Part shown: positions 8,386-20,965 of the stretch, one piece after another | How positions within the stretch are numbered: position 1 is the stretch's first letter | Layout: each line of letters starts with the position of its first letter | Assembly (NCBI RefSeq): GCF_003688415.1 | Contig: NZ_REFJ01000001.1 | Location: 206,645-230,644, forward strand | Source: Umboniibacter marinipuniceus | Lineage (GTDB): Bacteria > Pseudomonadota > Gammaproteobacteria > Pseudomonadales > DSM-25080 | Direction: 5' to 3' | Length of the DNA stretch: 24,000 bases | Program-made: the position numbers and the translations under genes | Notes under the pieces: model-generated | Databases searched by the model: none | What the model saw: the letters and a program-made list of their open reading frames with translations, nothing else | Told to the model about the DNA's origin: nothing

Positions 8386-9849
8386 ATGTTGCATTGGCAG
8401 CCCTCTCTATCATGTTCGCAAGTGAAAGCGCTTGATAGAGACTTTCAACAAACGGAGTGCATGCCTGGCTATCAGCTGATGAAGCGAGCCGCACATCACT
8501 GTGTGGAACTTATCCAAAGCCACTTCAATCCTCGGCATTGTACGGTGCTGTGCGGAGGCGGTAACAATGGTGGCGACGGATGGCAGATTGCAGCAGAATT
8601 ACAGGCCACTGGCTGGTCCGTTAATGTGCTGAGTTCGGTTGATCCGCAAACGCTCTCTGGGGACGCTAGACTGGCCTTCGATGCCGCGTCCTCAGCTAAG
8701 GTTTGTTGGGGTCGCTGGACGAATGGCATCCAGATTGAAGCGGACCTCCTCGTTGATGCGCTCATTGGTATCGGCTTTAAACCACCTTTAACGGCTGATT
8801 TAAAGCAACTAATCAATGCAGTAAGCGAAACAGGTATTCCAGTCCTTGCTGTGGATTGCCCGTCAGGGCTCAATGTGGACACAGGTGATGCCCAACACGC
8901 TCTTCCAGCTGTACTAACCGCGACTTTTCTGGCGCTAAAACCAGGGTTGCTGACGGGCGACGGCAAGGCGGCGTCAGGCAACGTTGTGAGCTTCAATTTG
9001 GGTTGCCATGCCAGATTCTTATCCAGCTATCACTCGGACGTTCAGCTGCTCACCGAGGTCGATGCGCTTCCTGCGCGCTCACTGAACCACTTCAAGCACC
9101 AAGCAGGGCATGTTCTTACCTTCGGGGGCGCTCAGCAGACGGCAGGCGCGGCAATGCTTACGGCGGAAGCAGCGCTTTTTAGTGGAGCTGGACTGGTGAC
9201 TCTGGCAACCGATGAACCCGGCCAAATGGCAATCAACGCTCGACGACCAGAGGTCATGGTTTGTCGTCATCAAGCGGTTCCAAGCGTCGCTACGGCATCC
9301 GTTGTGGCGGTAGGGCCAGGTTTGGCAGCGAGCGATAAGGCTGCGCTAGACTTATGTCTTCAGCTCACCTGCCCTGCTGTGTTGGACGCTGGGGCGCTTC
9401 GTGTACTGGCCGCCAATCCAAAGTATTCGGAGCGCTGGGTCCTGACGCCTCATACCGGCGAAGCGGCAGCGCTTTTGAGGGAATCTTCGGTAGCGGTTAA
9501 TGCTGATAGAATTGGCTCTGCAAAACGAATCCAGCAGCAATTCGGCGGTGTGGTGGTGTTAAAAGGCCCGGGTACCATTGTTTGTGGCCCGGATAGATGT
9601 ATCATCAATTCTACAGGTAATGCTGCTTTAGGTGTGGCGGGCTCAGGTGATATCCTTACCGGTGTGATCGCGGCGCTCCAGGCTCAGGGTCTTTCTCCCT
9701 TCGATGCCGCCGCTGCGGGTGTCTATTGGCATGGAAGGGCGGCTGATCTCTGGCGAGAGAAACATGGTGAGCGCGGTTTAAGCGTGAGTGAATTATTAGT
9801 GCTTATTCGGGCACAGATCAATGGAGTAGAATCAGGCACATGTGGTTAG
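8386..9849 (+). CDS. nnr: Bifunctional NAD(P)H-hydrate repair enzyme (epimerase / ADP-dependent dehydratase), YjeF
   Basis: 487-aa ORF. The N-terminal YjeF_N domain carries GGGNNGGDG. The C-terminal carbohydrate-kinase-like domain has ..VLKGPGT.. and ..GSGDILTG... A GGAGA SD is upstream. The position before tsaE matches E. coli yjeF-yjeE. Confidence 0.9.
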   Translation: MLHWQPSLSCSQVKALDRDFQQTECMPGYQLMKRAAHHCVELIQSHFNPRHCTVLCGGGNNGGDGWQIAAELQATGWSVNVLSSVDPQTLSGDARLAFDAASSAKVCWGRWTNGIQIEADLLVDALIGIGFKPPLTADLKQLINAVSETGIPVLAVDCPSGLNVDTGDAQHALPAVLTATFLALKPGLLTGDGKAASGNVVSFNLGCHARFLSSYHSDVQLLTEVDALPARSLNHFKHQAGHVLTFGGAQQTAGAAMLTAEAALFSGAGLVTLATDEPGQMAINARRPEVMVCRHQAVPSVATASVVAVGPGLAASDKAALDLCLQLTCPAVLDAGALRVLAANPKYSERWVLTPHTGEAAALLRESSVAVNADRIGSAKRIQQQFGGVVVLKGPGTIVCGPDRCIINSTGNAALGVAGSGDILTGVIAALQAQGLSPFDAAAAGVYWHGRAADLWREKHGERGLSVSELLVLIRAQINGVESGTCG

Positions 9850-10298
9850 CAGACGAGGCCGCTACAATTTCGCTAGGACAGCAAATAGCAAAAGGTTTAA
9901 AGGGTGGAGCCGTTGTGTTCCTTCGCGGTCACCTAGGCGCGGGTAAAACAACACTTACTCGCGGTATTTTGCTCGGCTTCGGCCACAGTGGCGCAGTGAA
10001 GAGTCCAACCTACACGCTAGTTGAGCCCTACGAGCTAGAACCTTGGCAACTCTTTCATTTCGACTTGTACCGCCTAGGAGATCCCGAAGAATTAGAGTAC
10101 ATGGGCATTCGCGATTACTTCAGCGATCAGAGCATTGCCCTGATTGAGTGGGACGAGCGCGGCGCAGGAATGTTGCCTCAGCCCGATTTGATCATCAATC
10201 TAAATGCCAAGGACACCGGGCGAGAGGTTAGCTTCGAAGCCTGCACAGATCAGGCGGACAACTTAGTTACCGAGCTTGAGTTATGGGGTGCGCAATGA
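9840..10298 (+). CDS. tsaE: tRNA t6A37 threonylcarbamoyladenosine biosynthesis ATPase TsaE (YjeE)
   Basis: 152-aa ORF with P-loop GHLGAGKTTLTRG and the conserved SPTYTLVEPY and HFDLYRL..PEELE..G blocks. Its start overlaps the nnr 3' end by 10 nt. Confidence 0.9.
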   Translation: MWLADEAATISLGQQIAKGLKGGAVVFLRGHLGAGKTTLTRGILLGFGHSGAVKSPTYTLVEPYELEPWQLFHFDLYRLGDPEELEYMGIRDYFSDQSIALIEWDERGAGMLPQPDLIINLNAKDTGREVSFEACTDQADNLVTELELWGAQ

Positions 10299-11596
10299 TG
10301 ATGCTTCGCAATGCTTTTATCGCCGTGTTGCTGCTAATGCTGAGCACCGCGACTGTCGCGAATGCGGTGCAGGGAATCCGGACTTACCATGCGCCGGATA
10401 ACACGCGTATTGTCTTCGATATGAACGAAGCCGTTGCCTACAGCTCATTCGCACTGGATAGCCCCAGCAGATTTGTCATTGATATTGAGCGCGGGGATTT
10501 GCTATCTCACGTCGCGCTACCGAGCTTCGAAGCGAGTAGCAGTGTCGATGGCATACGCTACTCAACCAGCGATGAAAAACTGCGCATCGTAATTGATTTA
10601 AATCGTAGTGTGGGCGTTAAAACCCTTACGTTAGGGGCCACAGCGGATGCTGGACCGCGCCTCGTGGTGGATATTCCAGAGCTTGACGCACCCTCTTCCG
10701 TGATAACGGTTGATACATCTGCCAATCGTAATATTCGGGTTGTGGTTGACCCCGGGCACGGCGGCGAGGATCCCGGCGCATCTGGGCCAGGTGGTTTGCG
10801 CGAAAAAAATGTGGTCCTTGATATTGCTAAGCGGCTGGTAGATAAGCTCAATGCGACGGCTGGATACGAAGCCTATTTAACGCGAGACAGTGATTACTAC
10901 ATTCCTCTTAGAGGGCGCAACGATATCGCCCGTCAGCGTCAGGCCGATCTTTTCATCTCCATTCATGCCGATGCCTTCACCAATCCTCAAGCTAATGGTG
11001 CTTCGGTCTTTGCCCTTTCTGAGAGCGGCGCGACATCGGAAATGGCAAGATTTTTGGCGGAAACCGAGAATCAGTCGGATTTAGTAGGCGGTGTTAATTT
11101 AGTAGATATGGAAGATCAGGTGCTCGCGGGCGTCTTGCTGGACCTGTCTATGACGGGCACACTGTCCCATAGCCTCGAGGTAGGTTCGGAGGTGCTTGAA
11201 GAAATTGGCGGCATCGCACGCCTCCATAAGCGAAGCGTTGAGCAAGCAGGATTTGTGGTGCTTAAAAACCCTGATATTGCCTCCATCTTGGTTGAAACGG
11301 GGTTTATTTCCAACCCCGGGGAAGCAAGAAAGTTGGCCACTCGCGATTATCGTAGCAAAATGGCGCAGCGTATATTTAATGGTGTCGATGCCTATTTTCG
11401 CGCCCTGCCGCCAGCGGGCACCCTCTTAGCGGCATATAAGAACGGTTTGATTCGCCAGCACACGGTAGCCCGAGGCGATTCACTTGGTTTGATCGCGCAG
11501 CGCAATCGCGTGACAGTCCAAGCCATTAGAGCGGCGAATAACTTGACTTCCGACGTTATCCACATCGGTCAAACACTAATCATACCAAACGAGTAA
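10295..11596 (+). CDS. amiB: N-acetylmuramoyl-L-alanine amidase (AMIN domain + Amidase_3 + C-terminal LysM)
   Basis: Signal peptide ([24 protein letters not shown]). AMIN-like N-terminal domain ([16 protein letters not shown]...FVIDI). Zn-amidase core ([14 protein letters not shown] ... SIHADA ... LVETGFISN). C-terminal LysM ([16 protein letters not shown]...[10 protein letters not shown]). I favour ATG 10295, which forms an ATGA overlap with the tsaE stop. The track's 10283 start is in the same frame. Confidence 0.9.
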   Translation: MMMLRNAFIAVLLLMLSTATVANAVQGIRTYHAPDNTRIVFDMNEAVAYSSFALDSPSRFVIDIERGDLLSHVALPSFEASSSVDGIRYSTSDEKLRIVIDLNRSVGVKTLTLGATADAGPRLVVDIPELDAPSSVITVDTSANRNIRVVVDPGHGGEDPGASGPGGLREKNVVLDIAKRLVDKLNATAGYEAYLTRDSDYYIPLRGRNDIARQRQADLFISIHADAFTNPQANGASVFALSESGATSEMARFLAETENQSDLVGGVNLVDMEDQVLAGVLLDLSMTGTLSHSLEVGSEVLEEIGGIARLHKRSVEQAGFVVLKNPDIASILVETGFISNPGEARKLATRDYRSKMAQRIFNGVDAYFRALPPAGTLLAAYKNGLIRQHTVARGDSLGLIAQRNRVTVQAIRAANNLTSDVIHIGQTLIIPNE

Positions 11597-11597
11597 T

Positions 11598-13478
11598 ATG
11601 ACTAAAATTCGTACCCTAACCCCTCGACTGGCAAACCAAATTGCGGCAGGGGAAGTTGTTGAGCGCCCGGCCTCGGTGGCAAAGGAATTGTTGGAGAATG
11701 CCTTGGATGCTGGGGCGACGCGAGTTGATATTGAGGTAGAGCAAGGTGGCGTCAAGCTCATTCGTGTGCGTGATAACGGTTCAGGTTTAGCGGCGGATGA
11801 CCTGCCCCTCGCGTTGTCTCGTCATGCTACGTCGAAAATATATCAGTTGGACGATCTCGAGGCGGTCACGTCGCTGGGTTTCCGTGGCGAGGCTTTGGCG
11901 TCGATCAGTTCGGTGTCGAAGCTATTGATGAGCTCCAGTGAGGATGGTGAAGAGGCTTGGCAAGCTCGTACTCAGGGCGCTGATATGGTGCCAGAGCTGA
12001 GTCCTACAGCGCATCCCCAGGGGACCACCGTAGAAGTTCGCGATCTCTTTTTCAACACGCCAGCTAGACGAAAATTTCTACGCACCGAAAAGACCGAGTT
12101 CGGACGTATTGATGATACCTTCAAGCGCGTTGCGTTGGCGAATTTCGGTACCAACTTTACCCTGAGGCACAACGGTAAAACGATCCATTCACTCCGCTCT
12201 GGCGAAGATCAATTATCAATGGAGCGGCGGATCGCAGAGCTTTGCGGTAGGGCATTTATGGAAGACGCCATACACGTCAATGTCGCTGCATCGGGCTTGA
12301 AACTTTGGGGTTGGTTAGCGAAGCCTACTTTTTCTAGGTCGCAAGCGGACTTGCAGTACTTCTTCGTCAATGGTCGTGCCATTCGAGATCGGGTAGTCAG
12401 TCACGCCGTTCGCCAGGCATATCGGGATGTGCTGTTTCATGGCCGCCACCCTGCATTTGTTTTATACCTCGAGCTAGATCCGTCAACGGTTGACGTCAAC
12501 GTGCACCCCACTAAGCATGAAGTTCGCTTTAGGGATCAGCGTTTAGTGCATGATTTTTTGTTTAGAACACTTCACCGCGTGATTGCCGAGTTGAAGCCCA
12601 GCGACTCACTTCCTGGCGCTGTCGATACCTCAACGGCACAAATTGCCATGGCCAACGAAGCCGTCTTGAATGCCATTAACGAACAGCGTCCCTTAGGTTT
12701 TGCTAGCGCCACGGCCTCGACACCCCAGGGTGGCTCTGGAAGCTTTAACACTGGTTATCAGCCCGCCCCGCCCAGTCAGAATAATGATTGGAAAGGTTTG
12801 TATTCAGCTGCGAGCGCAGCAGACGGTAGCAGTGACTCTTTGGCTAATACTGCCTTTACACCACAGCCACTCAGTGAGACAAGTTCTGACGATATCCCGC
12901 CGCTTGGTTTTGCTATCGCTCAACTGAAGGGCATTTATATTCTTGCCGAAAATGAGCAAGGGCTTATCGTGGTAGATATGCATGCGGCACATGAGCGAAT
13001 TACCTACGAGCGAATGAAGGCTGATTTTTCGGCGAATGGACTATTGGGTCAGCCGCTTTTGGTGCCGCAGGGATTGGCTGCGTCGGCAGGTCAGGTAGAA
13101 GCCGCAGAAATGCATCAGCAGTTGTTCGTGAAACTTGGATTTCAGGTCGATGTCGTCAGTGATGAGAGTTTGATTATTCGTCAAGTTCCGGTGCTGTTGA
13201 GCCAGGCGAATGTTGAGCAGCTCGTCTATGATGTGCTGGTGGACCTCGAGAAGTACGGCACCTCTGATCGTATCGAAGCCCACGTTAATGAACTGCTTTC
13301 CACCATGGCTTGCCATGGATCGGTTCGCGCAAATCGCAAACTTACGGTACCGGAAATGAACGCTCTACTTCGTGATATGGAGGAAACCGAGCGCAGTGGA
13401 CAGTGTAACCACGGCCGTCCAACTTGGACGCTAATGACGCTTAACCAGCTCGACAAACTATTCCTGCGAGGGCAGTAA
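11598..13478 (+). CDS. mutL: DNA mismatch repair protein MutL (endonuclease-type C-terminal domain)
   Basis: 626-aa ORF with a GHKL ATPase N-terminus ([37 protein letters not shown]) and a disordered Ser/Pro/Gln linker. The C-terminal domain carries [29 protein letters not shown] and a terminal LFLR. It starts 1 nt after the amiB stop. Confidence 0.97.
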   Translation: MTKIRTLTPRLANQIAAGEVVERPASVAKELLENALDAGATRVDIEVEQGGVKLIRVRDNGSGLAADDLPLALSRHATSKIYQLDDLEAVTSLGFRGEALASISSVSKLLMSSSEDGEEAWQARTQGADMVPELSPTAHPQGTTVEVRDLFFNTPARRKFLRTEKTEFGRIDDTFKRVALANFGTNFTLRHNGKTIHSLRSGEDQLSMERRIAELCGRAFMEDAIHVNVAASGLKLWGWLAKPTFSRSQADLQYFFVNGRAIRDRVVSHAVRQAYRDVLFHGRHPAFVLYLELDPSTVDVNVHPTKHEVRFRDQRLVHDFLFRTLHRVIAELKPSDSLPGAVDTSTAQIAMANEAVLNAINEQRPLGFASATASTPQGGSGSFNTGYQPAPPSQNNDWKGLYSAASAADGSSDSLANTAFTPQPLSETSSDDIPPLGFAIAQLKGIYILAENEQGLIVVDMHAAHERITYERMKADFSANGLLGQPLLVPQGLAASAGQVEAAEMHQQLFVKLGFQVDVVSDESLIIRQVPVLLSQANVEQLVYDVLVDLEKYGTSDRIEAHVNELLSTMACHGSVRANRKLTVPEMNALLRDMEETERSGQCNHGRPTWTLMTLNQLDKLFLRGQ

Positions 13479-13479
13479 G

Positions 13480-14433
13480 GTGGCGAACTCGGCCTTAAAT
13501 CGCGTGGGTTTCCTGATGGGGCCCACTGCGTCGGGAAAAACCGCCTTAGCAATAGAGCTCTACCAGAGCGGTGGCTTTGATATTATTTCGGTGGACTCCG
13601 CTATGGTGTATCGCGGTTTGGATATCGGTAGCGCGAAGCCCTCCCAAGAAGAACTAGTCCAGGCGCCTCACCGTCTTATTGATATCCGCGATCCCGCAGA
13701 GGCCTACAATGCGGTTGATTTTCGCAATGACGCGCTACGAGAAATTGAACGCAGTCACGCTCGCAATCGGATACCACTCTTTGTTGGCGGAACAATGCTC
13801 TATTACAAGGTATTATTGGAAGGCGTGGCGAATATGCCCTCGGCCGACGCTGCAGTGCGTGCAAAAGTAGAGGCAATTGCGGAAGAAAAAGGTTGGCAAG
13901 CTGTTCATGCCCTGCTGACGCAGGTTGACCCGGTCGCGGCTGAACGCATCCATCCCAATCACTCACAACGTTTGTCACGTGCTTATGAGGTCTTCCTGCA
14001 AACGGGCAAGCCGCTCTCGCAGTGGCATTCCGAGCAGGAACGCGACGCGTTATGCGAACGCTATAACGTCAGGCAGATGGCGGTGATGCCAATCGATCGA
14101 AAAATCCTACATGGACGAATTGAGCAACGCTTTGATCAGATGATGGAGTTAGGTTTTGAAGCGGAAGTGATGGCGTTGATGCAGCGTGAAGACCTTCACC
14201 TGGATCTCCCGTCTATGCGTTCGGTGGGGTATCGGCAAATGTGGCGCTACCTTGCTGGCGAGATTAACTTTGCCACCATGCGTGATCAGATTCTTGCCGC
14301 AACGCGTCAACTCGCCAAACGCCAATTTACCTGGTTGCGTGGTTGGGAAGACGTCTATCATCTCGATGTTTCGGGAACCCCTGACTTGGAGGCGTTAAAT
14401 AATCTTGCTTTGCGCTACTATCAGCGGGACTAA
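13480..14433 (+). CDS. miaA: tRNA dimethylallyltransferase
   Basis: 317-aa ORF with P-loop [17 protein letters not shown] and conserved blocks [36 protein letters not shown] and AKRQ.TW. The GTG start at 13480 is 1 nt after the mutL stop. Alignment to E. coli MiaA supports an N-terminus upstream of the first ATG (13516). Confidence 0.93.
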   Translation: MANSALNRVGFLMGPTASGKTALAIELYQSGGFDIISVDSAMVYRGLDIGSAKPSQEELVQAPHRLIDIRDPAEAYNAVDFRNDALREIERSHARNRIPLFVGGTMLYYKVLLEGVANMPSADAAVRAKVEAIAEEKGWQAVHALLTQVDPVAAERIHPNHSQRLSRAYEVFLQTGKPLSQWHSEQERDALCERYNVRQMAVMPIDRKILHGRIEQRFDQMMELGFEAEVMALMQREDLHLDLPSMRSVGYRQMWRYLAGEINFATMRDQILAATRQLAKRQFTWLRGWEDVYHLDVSGTPDLEALNNLALRYYQRD

Positions 14434-14447
14434 CGGTGGTACACTTC

Positions 14448-14478
14448 GACGAGCGGATAATTTATTCGTCATTTTTTT
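14448..14478 (+). terminator. Weak hairpin + T7, possible partial terminator/attenuator after miaA
   Basis: GACGAG (14448-14453) / TTCGTC (14465-14470) forms a 6-bp stem including one G-U pair, with an 11-nt loop, followed by A + T7 (14472-14478). The short stem and large loop mean it would be leaky if functional. Confidence 0.3.
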
Positions 14479-14486
14479 GGCAGTCG

Positions 14487-14510
14487 TGCTATACCTAAGT
14501 TTGCTATAGC
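14487..14510 (+). promoter_or_regulatory. Two tandem extended -10-like elements (TGCTATAC / TGCTATAG) upstream of hfq
   Basis: TGCTATA occurs at 14487 and again at 14502, 15 bp apart, 36-55 nt upstream of the hfq ATG. Both fit TGnTATA.. but lack the conserved final T of the -10 hexamer. No convincing -35 was seen. Confidence 0.25.
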
Positions 14511-14545
14511 CGTATTAGATTGCTTAACCACTCAAGGAGAAAGTC

Positions 14546-14794
14546 ATGTCAAAAGGGCATACCCTACAAGACCCTTATTTAAACGTTCTTAGAAAAGATC
14601 GCATTCCTGTATCAATTTACCTCGTCAACGGTATTAAGTTGCAGGGTCAAATTGAGTCATTTGACCAGTTTGTTGTCCTCCTTAAGAATACAGTTAGCCA
14701 AATGGTCTACAAGCATGCAATTTCAACAATTGTACCTGCTCGTGCCGTGCGCGTCCCAGTTGCTAACCCTGCTGAGGCTAGTGACGCTGAATAA
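14546..14794 (+). CDS. hfq: RNA chaperone Hfq (short, 82-aa Pseudomonas-type form)
   Basis: [61 protein letters not shown] is near-identical to known Hfq Sm1/Sm2 motifs. A strong AAGGAGA SD is upstream. Confidence 0.98.
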   Translation: MSKGHTLQDPYLNVLRKDRIPVSIYLVNGIKLQGQIESFDQFVVLLKNTVSQMVYKHAISTIVPARAVRVPVANPAEASDAE

Positions 14795-14808
14795 GGAAAG
14801 ATATTCCT

Positions 14809-16128
14809 TTGTTTTTTGATCGACCCGACTCAGGTGAACTTGCTGTTCTGGTTCACCTAGAGTTCTCTCAATTAGAATCTTCCGAAGACCCCCGCGAATT
14901 TGAAGAGCTAGTACTAGCAGCTGGCGGAGATCCCGTCGCTTTTATTACCGGTAAGCGAGCCATGCCAACCGCCAAGTATTTCGTTGGCACCGGGAAGCTG
15001 GAAGAAATTCGCGAAACCGTTGAGCAAGAAGGCGCTCAGCTGGTTATCTTCGACCATAACTTAAGCCCATCGCAAGAGCGAAACATTGAAGCCTACCTGG
15101 GTTGTCGTGTGCTTGATCGCACCGGTCTAATTCTTGATATTTTCGCCCAGCGTGCGCGAACCCACGAAGGTAAGCTGCAGGTTGAGCTTGCGCAGCTTCG
15201 CCATATGTCCACGCGACTAATCCGCGGTTGGACCCACTTAGAACGTCAAAAAGGTGGTATTGGACTTCGCGGGCCGGGTGAAACCCAGCTTGAATCTGAT
15301 CGGCGAATGCTTCGCGAGCGTATACAGTACATAGAACGTCGTCTGGATAAAGTACGAAAAACGCGAGCCGAAGGTCGTCGTTCCCGGAGCCGTGCATCAG
15401 TTCCCACTGTCTCGCTGGTGGGTTACACCAACGCAGGGAAAAGTACGCTATTTAATCGGCTTGCTGATTCCGATGTCTTCGCAGCGAACCAATTATTCGC
15501 AACACTTGATCCAACAATGCGCCGGATAGAGGTGGAAGATGTGGGCCCAGTGGTGCTAGCCGATACGGTTGGATTCATTAGTCATTTGCCTCACCGCCTT
15601 GTGGAGGCATTTCGCGCCACCTTAGAGGAGGCTGCCACGGCAGACTTACTCTTGCATGTTGTGGATGCTAGCGAAATGGGGCGCGATGAACAAATCGCTC
15701 ACGTAGATGAAGTGCTTGAAGAAATTAAGGCCAACGAGTTACCTACCTTGATGGTATTTAATAAAATTGACCTTCTAGGGCACGAAGAAGGTCGGATAGA
15801 TCGCGATGAGCACGGCGTGCCGTGGCGCGTCTGGGTGTCAGCGGTTACCGGCGCTGGGATTGGTCAGCTGGCGGCCGCCTTGCGTGAACGATTAGGGACG
15901 GGCGTGATTAGCGCTAGGTTAGAGCTTGAGCCATCTCAAGGGCGCCTTCGCGCGGAACTCCATAATCGGGGCGTCGTGAGTAACGAAGAATACTTGGACA
16001 ATGGCAACGTCAGTTTAGAGGTGAAAATTAGCACGGTAAATCTCGCGCAGATGCGGGCCCATGATGCCGAGGCTGATGACGCTTTTACCGCCGCGGGGCA
16101 TCCCAAGCCAAAGCCAACACTCTACTGA
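14809..16128 (+). CDS. hflX: Ribosome-associated GTPase HflX
   Basis: 439-aa ORF collinear with E. coli HflX (LDIFAQRARTHEGKLQVELAQL, GGIGLRGPGETQLE, G1 GYTNAGKSTLFN, DTVGF, NKID). The TTG start at 14809 (MFFDRPDSGE, versus E. coli MFDRYDAGE) has an AAGGAAAG SD overlapping the hfq stop. Confidence 0.95.
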   Translation: MFFDRPDSGELAVLVHLEFSQLESSEDPREFEELVLAAGGDPVAFITGKRAMPTAKYFVGTGKLEEIRETVEQEGAQLVIFDHNLSPSQERNIEAYLGCRVLDRTGLILDIFAQRARTHEGKLQVELAQLRHMSTRLIRGWTHLERQKGGIGLRGPGETQLESDRRMLRERIQYIERRLDKVRKTRAEGRRSRSRASVPTVSLVGYTNAGKSTLFNRLADSDVFAANQLFATLDPTMRRIEVEDVGPVVLADTVGFISHLPHRLVEAFRATLEEAATADLLLHVVDASEMGRDEQIAHVDEVLEEIKANELPTLMVFNKIDLLGHEEGRIDRDEHGVPWRVWVSAVTGAGIGQLAAALRERLGTGVISARLELEPSQGRLRAELHNRGVVSNEEYLDNGNVSLEVKISTVNLAQMRAHDAEADDAFTAAGHPKPKPTLY

Positions 16129-16227
16129 TTTTTTAGAGGGCACTTCGGTTACTGCGGTAGTAATTGAGGCGTCAAATGACTATATTTGCATACATAACAA
16201 CTTGCTTATCAATACTGGAGAAAAATT

Positions 16228-17367
16228 ATGGCTTGGAATGAGCCCGGCGATAAAGGCCGCGACCCTTGGGGTGGCGGTAATAAGAACGACGGACCACCGG
16301 ACCTTGATGATGCACTCAAGCAGCTAAATGACCGCCTTCGCGGCCTGTTTGGTGGCGGCTCGTCAAATGGCGGTAAAGGTGGTTCGGGATCTTCTATGGG
16401 GATTGTTGGCTTAGTTATCGCTGTTGTCGTTCTACTTTGGGGTGCTTCAGGTATCTACCAGGTGAATGAACAGGAACGTGGCGTGGTCTTGCGTTTAGGT
16501 ATGTTCCATGAAGTGGTTGGTCCTGGTCTTCAATGGAACCCACCGCTAATCGATGACGTGACGATTGAGAACGTGACCAATCTCCGTCCACACCGCACCA
16601 GCGGCCGTATGTTGACTAAGGATCTGAACTTGGTTGAAGTGAGCATCTCGGTGCAATATCGCATTTCAGATATTCAGAACTTCGTTCTTAAAGTCGACAA
16701 CCCAGAGCGTTCCTTACGTGAAGCAACGGACTCAGCGTTACGCCAAGTCATTGGTGCAACGGATATGGACGCGGTGCTAACGGATGGTCGTGCAGCCATT
16801 GCTACTGAGGCGCGTGTTCGTCTTCAAGAATTGATGGAAGTTTATGCTACCGGTATCGAGGTAACGAAAGTTGCTATTGAGCAATCGGAAGCGCCTGCCG
16901 ATGTTCGCGACGCATTTAACGACGTGAGTCGCGCATTGGAAGATCGTGACCGTCTAAGACAGGAAGCCGAAGCGTACGCTTTGGGTATTGTCCCTATTGC
17001 TCGTGGTCAAGCACAGCGTGTTTATCAAGAGTCTGAGGCGTACCGTGATCGTGTGATTGCCGAAGCAGAAGGTGAGACCGCGCGTTTTAATGCGTTACTC
17101 GTTGAGTATCAGCGTGCACCAGAGGTAACTCGCCAGCGCCTTTACATCGATATGATGCAAGATGTCTTGGGTGACAGTAATAAGGTGTTGATTGATGTGG
17201 AAGGGGGTAACAACATGATGTACCTACCGCTGGATCGTCTTATGCAGTCTAATGCGCCACGTCTAAATCTTAGTGAAACAAGCATGCGCGAAGCACAGGC
17301 AACGCTCGAGTCTTTACGGACACAACCAACAGAAGTTCCAACTAATACAAGGGGGCCACGTCGATGA
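16228..17367 (+). CDS. hflK: FtsH protease modulator HflK (SPFH/band-7)
   Basis: 379-aa ORF with the typical N-terminus MAWNEPG..DPWGG..GPPDLDD, a single TM segment, an SPFH domain and a coiled-coil. A GGAG SD is upstream. Its stop overlaps the hflC start (ATGA). Confidence 0.95.
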   Translation: MAWNEPGDKGRDPWGGGNKNDGPPDLDDALKQLNDRLRGLFGGGSSNGGKGGSGSSMGIVGLVIAVVVLLWGASGIYQVNEQERGVVLRLGMFHEVVGPGLQWNPPLIDDVTIENVTNLRPHRTSGRMLTKDLNLVEVSISVQYRISDIQNFVLKVDNPERSLREATDSALRQVIGATDMDAVLTDGRAAIATEARVRLQELMEVYATGIEVTKVAIEQSEAPADVRDAFNDVSRALEDRDRLRQEAEAYALGIVPIARGQAQRVYQESEAYRDRVIAEAEGETARFNALLVEYQRAPEVTRQRLYIDMMQDVLGDSNKVLIDVEGGNNMMYLPLDRLMQSNAPRLNLSETSMREAQATLESLRTQPTEVPTNTRGPRR

Positions 17368-18245
17368 ACTCGAATAAACCAGTTTTTATCCTAATTGGCC
17401 TGCTAGTACTTGCTTTCATCGCATCGAAGTCACTCTATGTGGTGTCGGAAACCGAGCGAGCGGTAAAGCTCCGTTTCGGTAAAATGGAAGAGGCAGATAT
17501 TGCACCCGGCTTACACTTAAAGGTGCCTTTTGTTGAAGACGTCCGTTTCTTCGATGCACGAGTACAGACACTTGACGCGCCACCGGAAGACTTCCTCAAC
17601 GCTGAGAAAAAGCTACTAACGGTCGATTCCTTTGCGAAATGGCGTATTATTGACGTTGATCGTTACTACACCTCAACCAACGGTGATGTTCGCCGAGCGG
17701 CGTCGTTACTTGCGCAGCGAATCTCTGAAGGCTTGCGTAACGAGTTCGCCTTGCGTTCACTCTCTGAAGCCGTAGCGCTCGAACGTGACGAGATGATGGA
17801 AGATCTAACGGCCGGCCTCGTTGATGCGACTCGTGAGCAGCTGGGCATTGAAATTGTTGATGTTCGCGTCAAGAAGATTGAGCTGCCTAACGATGTATCC
17901 AGTGACGTATTCCGCCGTATGCGTGCAGAGCGTGAGCGACAGGCTCGTGAATACCGCTCGCAGGGTCAAGAAGTTGCTGAAGGTATCCGTGCCGACGCTG
18001 ATCGCCAAAAGATTGTGATTGAAGCGAACGCTTATCGCGACGCCGAAATTCTTCGAGGTGAAGGTGATGCCCGCGCGGCGGCTATCTATGCTGAGTCTTA
18101 CGGCAAAGACACCGAGTTCTATACGTTTTGGCGCTCACTTGATGCCTACCGTCATACGTTTAATCGTGACGGGGACATCATGGTCTTGCAGCCTGATTCA
18201 GAATTCTTCAATTACCTGAAGGACTCTAACGGAAAGGCTGACTAA
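17364..18245 (+). CDS. hflC: FtsH protease modulator HflC (SPFH/band-7)
   Basis: 293-aa ORF with an N-terminal TM segment, an SPFH domain (YVVSETERAVKLRFGK...) and a REYRSQG/EGDA coiled-coil region. It is translationally coupled to hflK. Confidence 0.95.
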   Translation: MNSNKPVFILIGLLVLAFIASKSLYVVSETERAVKLRFGKMEEADIAPGLHLKVPFVEDVRFFDARVQTLDAPPEDFLNAEKKLLTVDSFAKWRIIDVDRYYTSTNGDVRRAASLLAQRISEGLRNEFALRSLSEAVALERDEMMEDLTAGLVDATREQLGIEIVDVRVKKIELPNDVSSDVFRRMRAERERQAREYRSQGQEVAEGIRADADRQKIVIEANAYRDAEILRGEGDARAAAIYAESYGKDTEFYTFWRSLDAYRHTFNRDGDIMVLQPDSEFFNYLKDSNGKAD

Positions 18246-18286
18246 AAAAGGTTAGCCGCCCCGTCTATAGGGTGGTAGAATCCGTT

Positions 18287-18309
18287 AACCGGGCTTGCCC
18301 GGTTTTTTT
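18287..18309 (+). terminator. Rho-independent terminator ending the hfq-hflXKC transcription unit
   Basis: AACCGGG (18287-18293) / CCCGGTT (18298-18304) with loop CTTG. The T-run continues to 18309. A second weaker hairpin (CCGCCC...GGGTGG) precedes it. Confidence 0.8.
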
Positions 18310-18385
18310 GTGCGAAAAAAACGCTTAGCTGAAGGCGCTAAAATCGACCTTCGGTATAGCGAAACCATTAAAGGATAGAGTTGAA

Positions 18386-20868
<2,483 letters not shown>

Positions 20869-20889
20869 TAAGCGCGTAGAAAAGAAAAA

Positions 20890-20913
20890 GGCGTCCAATT
20901 GGACGTCTTTTTT
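20890..20913. terminator. Rho-independent terminator after purA, possibly bidirectional
   Basis: GGCGTCC (20890-20896) / GGACGTC (20901-20907) forms a 7-bp stem with one G-U pair and loop AATT, then T6 (20908-20913). It is preceded by an A-rich tract (AAAGAAAAA), so it could also stop the convergent small gene ending at 20966. Confidence 0.75.
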
Positions 20914-20965
20914 GTGTCTGCTAGCTTATCCGCAACGTGCTCTTGCGAAGTTTTAAGAGCGGCGA

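Noticed and set aside
8496-8996. 166-aa minus-strand ORF, the longest unexplained ORF in the track, entirely inside nnr.
   Set aside because: It is fully antisense to a gene with clear YjeF motifs. Its Ser/Pro/Ala/Thr-rich low-complexity composition is typical of shadow frames. It has no SD and no recognisable motif.
13226-13552. 108-aa minus-strand ORF spanning the mutL/miaA junction.
   Set aside because: It is antisense to two strongly supported, translationally abutting genes. Its Ser/Pro/Arg-rich composition and lack of an SD argue against it.
15044-15397. 117-aa minus-strand ORF inside hflX.
   Set aside because: It is a shadow ORF antisense to the most conserved part of HflX, with no independent support.
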